29,567 nucleotides of DNA, from assembly GCF_009909145.1 (NCBI RefSeq), contig NZ_JAAAPJ010000005.1, positions 592,470 through 622,036 on the forward strand. Direction: 5' to 3'. A model generated the notes under the pieces. The model saw only the letters and a program-made list of their open reading frames with translations, did no database searches and was not told where the DNA came from. Below are positions 25,201 to 29,567 of the stretch, one piece after another. A program made the translations under genes and the position numbers. Within the stretch, counting starts at the first letter, position 1. Every line of letters begins with the position of its first letter. The stretch comes from Corallococcus silvisoli (lineage in GTDB: Bacteria; Myxococcota; Myxococcia; Myxococcales; Myxococcaceae).

Positions 25201-25253
25201 TTTGGCAAATGTCAAATGGGCAAAGCCGGCGTCCCAGCAATGGGGACGCCGGC
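25201..25253 (-). terminator. rplL-rpoB intergenic attenuator (partial terminator) hairpin
   Basis: Perfect 11-bp stem gccggcgtccc/gggacgccggc (25225-25253) with a 7-nt loop. On the minus strand it is followed by UUUGCCCAUUUGACAUUUGCC. Its position matches the known E. coli rplL-rpoB attenuator. Confidence 0.6.
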
Positions 25254-25316
25254 CTGCTCATCCGGTCAGGAGGCTGCCCGGGATTTCCCGGAAGAACAGG
25301 ACAGCCCCTGTAAGAA

Positions 25317-25688
25317 CTACTTGATCTCGACGGTGGCGCCAGCCGCGACGAGCTGGTCCTTGATCTTCTTGGCGTCGTCCTTGTTGACGCCTTCCTTGAC
25401 CGTCTTGGGCGCGCCCTCGACCAGGTCCTTGGCCTCCTTCAGGCCCAGGCCGGTGATGGCGCGGATTTCCTTGATGACGTTGATCTTGTTGGCGCCGGCG
25501 TTCGCCAGCACCACGTTGAACTCCGTCTTCTCCTCAACAGGGGCGGCGGCGGCGGCAGCCGGGCCCGCGGCAACGGCCACGGCGGCGGCGGAAACGCCCC
25601 ACTTGGTCTCCAGCGACTTCACGAGCTCGGCGGCCTCGAGAATGGTCAACTGGGAGAGCTGCTCAACAATCGCGTTCAAATCGGCCAT
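25317..25688 (-). CDS. rplL: 50S ribosomal protein L7/L12 (123 aa)
   Basis: [33 protein letters not shown]..., an Ala-rich hinge, and a C-terminal [24 protein letters not shown]. Confidence 0.97.
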   Translation of the reverse strand: MADLNAIVEQLSQLTILEAAELVKSLETKWGVSAAAVAVAAGPAAAAAAPVEEKTEFNVVLANAGANKINVIKEIRAITGLGLKEAKDLVEGAPKTVKEGVNKDDAKKIKDQLVAAGATVEIK

Positions 25689-25777
25689 GGAACATGTCCT
25701 TCTGTTTGACTAACGGCCGGCGACCCAGCTGGGTGGCTCGACCGAAGAGGTTGCGGTAGAAAAACTTCTCGGAACGA

Positions 25778-26299
25778 TTACTGCCCCTGCGCCTTGTCCG
25801 CGTTGGCCTGGATGACCCGCGCGAGCTGCGACCCGGGGGCCGCGATGGTCCGAACCAGCTTGCCAGCAGGCTGGTTGAGCATGCCGAGCAACTGCCCGCG
25901 CAGCTCATTGAGGCCCGGCAACTTCGCCAGCGCCTTCACGCCGTTGGCGTCGACCTTGTTACCGGCGACGACGGCGCTACGGACCTTGATGGTCTCCATG
26001 TCCTTGATGAAATCCATCAGGATCTTCGCAGGAGCCACCTCGTCGTCGTAGCTGATGCAGAGGGCCACGGGACCGGTGAAGTCATCGGAAATCACGGAGA
26101 CGGACGTACCCTGAGCGGCACGGCGCGCCAGCGTGTTCTTGATGACCTTGTACTCGACCTTGCCCTCGCGGAACTTGCGACGCAGCTTGGTGACGGTCTC
26201 CACGTCCACCTTGGAGAATTCGGCGACAACCGCCGTCTTCGTCCGGGCGAACTTCTCGTGGAGCTCCTTGATCATTTCTTCCTTCTCGCTCTTCAGCAC
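25778..26299 (-). CDS. rplJ: 50S ribosomal protein L10 (173 aa)
   Basis: MLKSEKEEMIKELHEKFARTKTAVVAEFSKVDVETVTKLRRKFRE aligns with the L10 N-terminus. GTG start at 26299 is preceded by AAGGAGGTG at 7 nt. Confidence 0.95.
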   Translation of the reverse strand: MLKSEKEEMIKELHEKFARTKTAVVAEFSKVDVETVTKLRRKFREGKVEYKVIKNTLARRAAQGTSVSVISDDFTGPVALCISYDDEVAPAKILMDFIKDMETIKVRSAVVAGNKVDANGVKALAKLPGLNELRGQLLGMLNQPAGKLVRTIAAPGSQLARVIQANADKAQGQ

Positions 26300-26560
26300 C
26301 TTGACTCACCTCCTTCATGGCCCGACCGGACGGTCGGGCGTGATGCCTGGGCCAAAGTGGCAGAGCGAGAGGGGGGCCTCCGAGAGGCACCACACCGCAC
26401 CTCCAGTCTCGGCAGGGCTGACCTTGCGGCCGTTTGAACCAGGAGTGGATGGACGGCCCGACCGGTTGCCCGGTTCCCAACGGACGCGTCTTCTCCCTTC
26501 CAGGTCCCTGCTGTCATGAACCAGGTCGGAACGCCGCGTCTCTCGACATGGCGCTCCAAT
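26300..26560 (-). promoter_or_regulatory. rplJ 5' leader region (candidate L10(L12)4 autoregulatory leader plus the L10 promoter)
   Basis: About 260 nt of non-coding sequence lie between the rplA terminator and the rplJ SD. An 8-bp perfect hairpin cccgaccg-ga-cggtcggg (26321-26338) abuts the SD, and further GC-rich imperfect repeats (gacgcg..., aaccgg aaccgg) follow. By synteny this region carries the L10 leader in other bacteria. Confidence 0.35.
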
Positions 26561-26561
26561 T

Positions 26562-26589
26562 GCAAAAGCCGGGGGCCTATACCCCCGGC
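26562..26589 (-). terminator. Rho-independent terminator/attenuator downstream of rplA
   Basis: 8-bp stem gccggggg/cccccggc with a 6-nt loop (26568-26589), followed on the minus strand by UUUUGCAAUU. It lies about 110 nt after the rplA stop. Confidence 0.55.
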
Positions 26590-26697
26590 TTTCGCAAAGA
26601 TCCAGCACTTTCTATCGAACGGACGTTCAGCGGATGACGGGAGGGACGCTCCCCGTTGAGGAGCGCACCCTTCCCTACCCACCCGGGCACCCTGGGA

Positions 26698-27411
26698 CTA
26701 GCGGTGACGCGCCAGGATTTCCGTGGTGTCGAGCTTGATGCCCGGCCCCATGGTCGTCGAGATGGCGATGCCCTTCAGGTACACGCCCTTGGCGGTGGCC
26801 GGCTTGAGCTTCATCACCAGGTCCACCAGCGCGTTGAAGTTCGCCTCGAGCTTGTCCGCGGCGAAGGAGGCCTTGCCCATCTTCGCGTGGACGATGCCCG
26901 CCTTCTCCGCGCGGAAGTCCACCTTACCGCCCTTGGAGTCGCGGATGGCCTTGGCGACATCCATGGTCACCGTGCCCACCTTCGGGTTCGGCATGAGGCC
27001 GCGGGGACCGAGCACCTTACCGAGGCGGCCGACGACGCCCATCATGTCCGGCGTCGCGATGACGGTGTCGAAGTCGAGGAAGCCCTCCTCGATGCGCTTC
27101 TGGAGGTCCTCCGCGCCCACGATGTCCGCGCCGGCGTTGGTGGCCTCGGTGGCGCGCTCGCCCTTGGCGAACACGGCGACGCGCACGGTGGCGCCGGTGC
27201 CGTGCGGGAGCACCACGGCGCCACGGACCATCTGGTCCGCGTGCTTCGGGTCCACGCCCAGGTTGATGGCGACATCCACCGTCTGGTCGTACTTCGTCGC
27301 GCGCGAGTCCACCGTCTTCTTCAGCAGCGCGAAGCCCTCGGCGACTGCGTAGCGCTTGTTGCGGTCCACCAGCTCGGAGGACGCGCGGAACTTCTTTCCA
27401 TTGGTAGCCAT
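26698..27411 (-). CDS. rplA: 50S ribosomal protein L1 (237 aa)
   Basis: [32 protein letters not shown]...[18 protein letters not shown] at 27411. The track's upstream extension overlapping rplK is rejected. Confidence 0.95.
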   Translation of the reverse strand: MATNGKKFRASSELVDRNKRYAVAEGFALLKKTVDSRATKYDQTVDVAINLGVDPKHADQMVRGAVVLPHGTGATVRVAVFAKGERATEATNAGADIVGAEDLQKRIEEGFLDFDTVIATPDMMGVVGRLGKVLGPRGLMPNPKVGTVTMDVAKAIRDSKGGKVDFRAEKAGIVHAKMGKASFAADKLEANFNALVDLVMKLKPATAKGVYLKGIAISTTMGPGIKLDTTEILARHR

Positions 27412-27439
27412 GGCAGGAATCCTTGAGAGATGGGGCGGG

Positions 27440-27886
27440 CTAGCCGACGACGTCGATGCCCATGGAGCGCGCGGTGCCAGCAATGGTGTTCATGCAGGCT
27501 TCGATGGACGCGGCGGTGGTGTCCTGGATCTTCTTGTTGGCGATCTCCTCGAGCTGCTTGCGGGTGATCTGCCCCACCTTCTCCTTGCCCGGCTTCTTCG
27601 CGCCCGAACCCTTCTTCTTCTCCGTGTGGAGACCCGCGGCCTTCTTGATGAGGATGGCGGCGGGGGGCGTCTTCAGGATGAAGGTGAAGGAGCGGTCCTG
27701 ATACACGGTGATGATCACCGGGATGATCAGACCCTCCTTGGCCTCCGCCTGCGTCTTGGCGTTGAACTGCTTGCAGAACTCCATGATGTTCACACCCTGC
27801 TGACCGAGGGCGGGACCGATCGGCGGGGCGGGGTTCGCCTTGCCGGCGGGGATCTGCAACTTGACCTGACCTGTGACCTTCTTCAT
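27440..27886 (-). CDS. rplK: 50S ribosomal protein L11 (148 aa)
   Basis: [45 protein letters not shown]. Confidence 0.96.
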   Translation of the reverse strand: MKKVTGQVKLQIPAGKANPAPPIGPALGQQGVNIMEFCKQFNAKTQAEAKEGLIIPVIITVYQDRSFTFILKTPPAAILIKKAAGLHTEKKKGSGAKKPGKEKVGQITRKQLEEIANKKIQDTTAASIEACMNTIAGTARSMGIDVVG

Positions 27887-27995
27887 CGGCGGACTGCTGC
27901 CTTTCGAGAGGGTGGTTCCAACGGGTCGCCAGACGGGACGACCCTCCCACCCGTTGATCCACGCCCTTCACTCGGGCGCGGAAGACTGGGAACTG
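27887..27995 (-). promoter_or_regulatory. rplK leader, candidate L1-binding autoregulatory structure
   Basis: 109-nt nusG-rplK spacer. A nested stem-loop at 27919-27956 has an outer 8-bp stem CAACGGGU/ACCCGUUG and an inner GGGA-GGGUCG-UCCC hairpin. A second hairpin CGCCC-gagugaa-GGGCG follows the nusG stop. Assignment is by synteny with the E. coli L11 operon leader. Confidence 0.3.
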
Positions 27996-28544
27996 CTAGC
28001 CGGTGGTCTTCTCCACCTGCATGAAGTCGAGCTCCACGGGGGTCGCACGACCGAAGATGCTGACGAGCACGCGGACGCGGCCCTTCTCCGGGTTGACCTC
28101 TTCCACGGTGCCGTTGAAGTTGGCGAACGGGCCGTCGATGACGCGCACCGTGTCGCTCGTCTCGAACTGGACCTTGGGCTTGGGCTTGTGCGCGCCCTCG
28201 GTGACCTGCGCCGTGAGACGCGCGACCTCCGCGTCCGACATGGGCCGAGGCTGCTCGTTCTGCCCGACGCCCGGGAACCCGGTCACCTTGGAGGTGTTCT
28301 TCACCAGGTGCAGGGTGGTGTCGCTAAGCTCCATCTGGACGAAGATGTAGCCGGGGAAGAGCTTGCGGCGGGTGGTCTTCTTCTCGCCGTTCACCATCTC
28401 CACGACCTGCTCCATGGGGATGAGGATCTCACCGATCAAGTCCTGGTCCTGCAGGCCCTTGAGGCGCACCTGCTCTTCCAGGTTCTTCTTCGCCTGGTTC
28501 TCGTAGTTCGAGTAGGTCTGGACCGTGAACCATTTCTTCGCCAT
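27996..28544 (-). CDS. nusG: Transcription termination/antitermination factor NusG (182 aa)
   Basis: MAKKWFTVQTYSNYENQAKKNLEEQVRLKGLQD... with a C-terminal KOW (FANFNGTVEEVNPEKGRVRVLVSIFGRATPVELDF). The ATG at 28542-28544 overlaps the secE TAA as TAATG. Confidence 0.93.
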   Translation of the reverse strand: MAKKWFTVQTYSNYENQAKKNLEEQVRLKGLQDQDLIGEILIPMEQVVEMVNGEKKTTRRKLFPGYIFVQMELSDTTLHLVKNTSKVTGFPGVGQNEQPRPMSDAEVARLTAQVTEGAHKPKPKVQFETSDTVRVIDGPFANFNGTVEEVNPEKGRVRVLVSIFGRATPVELDFMQVEKTTG

Positions 28545-28987
28545 TACAGCTTCCCCCACAGGGCAGGCAGCCACTCCACCATCAAGTTGTAGGCGACGGT
28601 GTCGATGCAGAAGAGCAGAACGGCCGCCACGAGCGAGGCGACGACCACGGCCATGGTCGACGCGCGGGTCTCCGACCAGGAGGGCCAGGTGACCTTCATC
28701 AGCTCGGACGCCACGTCGATGGACAAGGCGTGCGTACGGGGGTGGAAGTAGGACGCCAGCACGAGCCCCAGGGCCGTCACGTAGCCCACCAGGGTCGACA
28801 CGCGCCAGCCGAGGCCCTCGAACAGTTCGACGTCACTCCAGCCGAACCGGCTCCAGAGCAACCCGAAGACGTGCTCCAGGAAGAGGGCCAGGACGATGCC
28901 GGCGACGAGATAGAAGATGACCACGAGCCGCTTGGGGTCGATACCCGAGCGGTTAGCCTGCTGGCTGGCCTCAGATGCCGTCGCCAT
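28544..28987 (-). CDS. secE: Preprotein translocase subunit SecE (147 aa, 3-TM form)
   Basis: Three hydrophobic helices; the C-terminal helix TMAVVVASLVAAVLLFCIDTVAYNLMVEW is SecE-like. Synteny places it between tRNA-Trp and nusG. Confidence 0.88.
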   Translation of the reverse strand: MATASEASQQANRSGIDPKRLVVIFYLVAGIVLALFLEHVFGLLWSRFGWSDVELFEGLGWRVSTLVGYVTALGLVLASYFHPRTHALSIDVASELMKVTWPSWSETRASTMAVVVASLVAAVLLFCIDTVAYNLMVEWLPALWGKL

Positions 28988-29020
28988 GGTGCCTCACGAG
29001 GGACTGTGGAAGCTGGACTG

Positions 29021-29066
29021 CGAAAAGGCAGGGACCCCCGGCACCGCTCGGTACCGGGGGTCCCTG
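29021..29066 (-). terminator. Long hairpin plus U-tract between tRNA-Trp and secE (terminator/attenuator or processing stem)
   Basis: The 13-bp perfect stem cagggacccccgg/ccgggggtccctg extends to ~17 bp with one mismatch (29029-29066). On the minus strand it is followed by CCUUUUCG, and it lies 10 nt downstream of the tRNA 3' end. Confidence 0.5.
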
Positions 29067-29075
29067 TACTGAAGC

Positions 29076-29151
29076 TGGCAGGCCAGGAGGGATTCGAACC
29101 CCCAACACGCGGATTTGGAGACCGCTGCTCTACCGTTGGAGCTACTGGCCT
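29076..29151 (-). tRNA. tRNA-Trp (anticodon CCA), CCA 3' end encoded
   Basis: The minus-strand sequence AGGCCAGUAGCUCAACGGUAGAGCAGCGGUCUCCAAAUCCGCGUGUUGGGGGUUCGAAUCCCUCCUGGCCUGCCA has a 7-bp acceptor stem, a GGUAGAGC D-loop, a CU-CCA-AA anticodon loop and a GGUUCGAAUCC T-loop. It is 76 nt long. Confidence 0.9.
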
Positions 29152-29173
29152 AAACCTTCATGGAACAGACGAC

Positions 29174-29338
29174 CTAGACCTTGCCTTCCTTGTGGTCCGT
29201 ATGCTTGCGGCAGCGAGGGCAGAACTTGCTCAGCTCAAGCTTGTCCTGGCTCTTCCGCTTGTTCTTCGTGGTCGTGTAGTTCCGCTCTTTGCACGTCGTG
29301 CACTCGAGCGAGATGATGGAACGGTTACCCTTCGGCAT
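29174..29338 (-). CDS. rpmG: 50S ribosomal protein L33 (54 aa; below the ORF-track size cutoff)
   Basis: Hand translation gives [54 protein letters not shown], with the L33 zinc-ribbon Cys pairs CxxC...CxxC. The ATG at 29338 is preceded by GGUGA at 8 nt. Stop TAG at 29174-29176. Confidence 0.9.
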   Translation of the reverse strand: MPKGNRSIISLECTTCKERNYTTTKNKRKSQDKLELSKFCPRCRKHTDHKEGKV

Positions 29339-29362
29339 GGCTCATTTCACCAGATGCGAGAA

Positions 29363-29388
29363 GGGAAGGCTACAAAAGCAGCCCTCCC
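29363..29388 (-). other. Imperfect hairpin in the tuf-rpmG spacer
   Basis: gggaaggct-acaaaagc-agccctccc forms a 9-bp stem with one G-U pair. No convincing U-tract follows, so its function is unclear (processing site or weak attenuator). Confidence 0.25.
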
Positions 29389-29432
29389 CTCCGCAACTCA
29401 GTGCCCGTGAAAGCTGGTCGGCGGGAAGCCGA

Positions 29433-29567
29433 TCAGGCGATGATCTCCGCAACGACGCCCGCGCCCACCGTACGACCGCCCTCGCGGACGGCGAACCGGA
29501 GCTCCTTCTCCATCGCGACCGGGGTGATCAGCTCCACCTCGATGGCGATGTTGTCGCCCGGCATGAC
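29433..29567 (-). CDS. tuf: Elongation factor Tu, C-terminal 44 codons only (gene continues beyond the window end)
   Basis: The minus-strand translation ...[44 protein letters not shown] is the conserved EF-Tu C-terminus. Stop TGA at 29433-29435. Confidence 0.9.

Noticed and set aside
25137-25208. Upstream TTG-initiated extension of rpoB ([10 protein letters not shown]...)
   Set aside because: The conserved RpoB N-terminus begins at MPTQIQNNF (ATG 25136) with its own GGAG. The extension would run into the attenuator hairpin.
28545-28574. Longer nusG start (MAACPVGEAV...) overlapping secE
   Set aside because: MAKKWFTVQ is the canonical NusG N-terminus, and the ATG at 28544 forms a TAATG overlap with secE.

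Overview
This is a high-GC (~69%) chromosomal segment that looks myxobacterial (Myxococcus-like), and every feature I can support is on the minus strand. From high to low coordinates it holds the conserved translation/transcription super-cluster tuf(3' end)-rpmG-tRNA-Trp-secE-nusG-rplK-rplA-rplJ-rplL-rpoB-rpoC, with the expected terminator, attenuator and leader hairpins. After rpoC, behind a strong terminator and with their own promoter-like element, come two tandem phasin-family genes. Next is a cell-envelope block: lytic transglycosylase, a secreted P/T-rich protein, a hypothetical protein and a TPR lipoprotein. A tightly packed operon-like run follows: small HTH-TM (RodZ-like) protein, recO, a PfkB-family kinase and two divergent, translationally coupled (ATGA overlap) Pol-beta-type nucleotidyltransferases. 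The window then holds a Hanks-type Ser/Thr kinase with a TM segment and C-terminal PEGA domain, glyQ-glyS (11-nt overlap) and two paralogous YVTN-type beta-propeller lipoproteins, the last one truncated at the window start. The long plus-strand ORFs in the track are antisense artefacts of the GC-rich genome. I found no CRISPR array, IS element or rRNA. The most unusual element is the recO-pfkB-NTase-NTase run of unknown function; I could not assign it to a named system from sequence alone.
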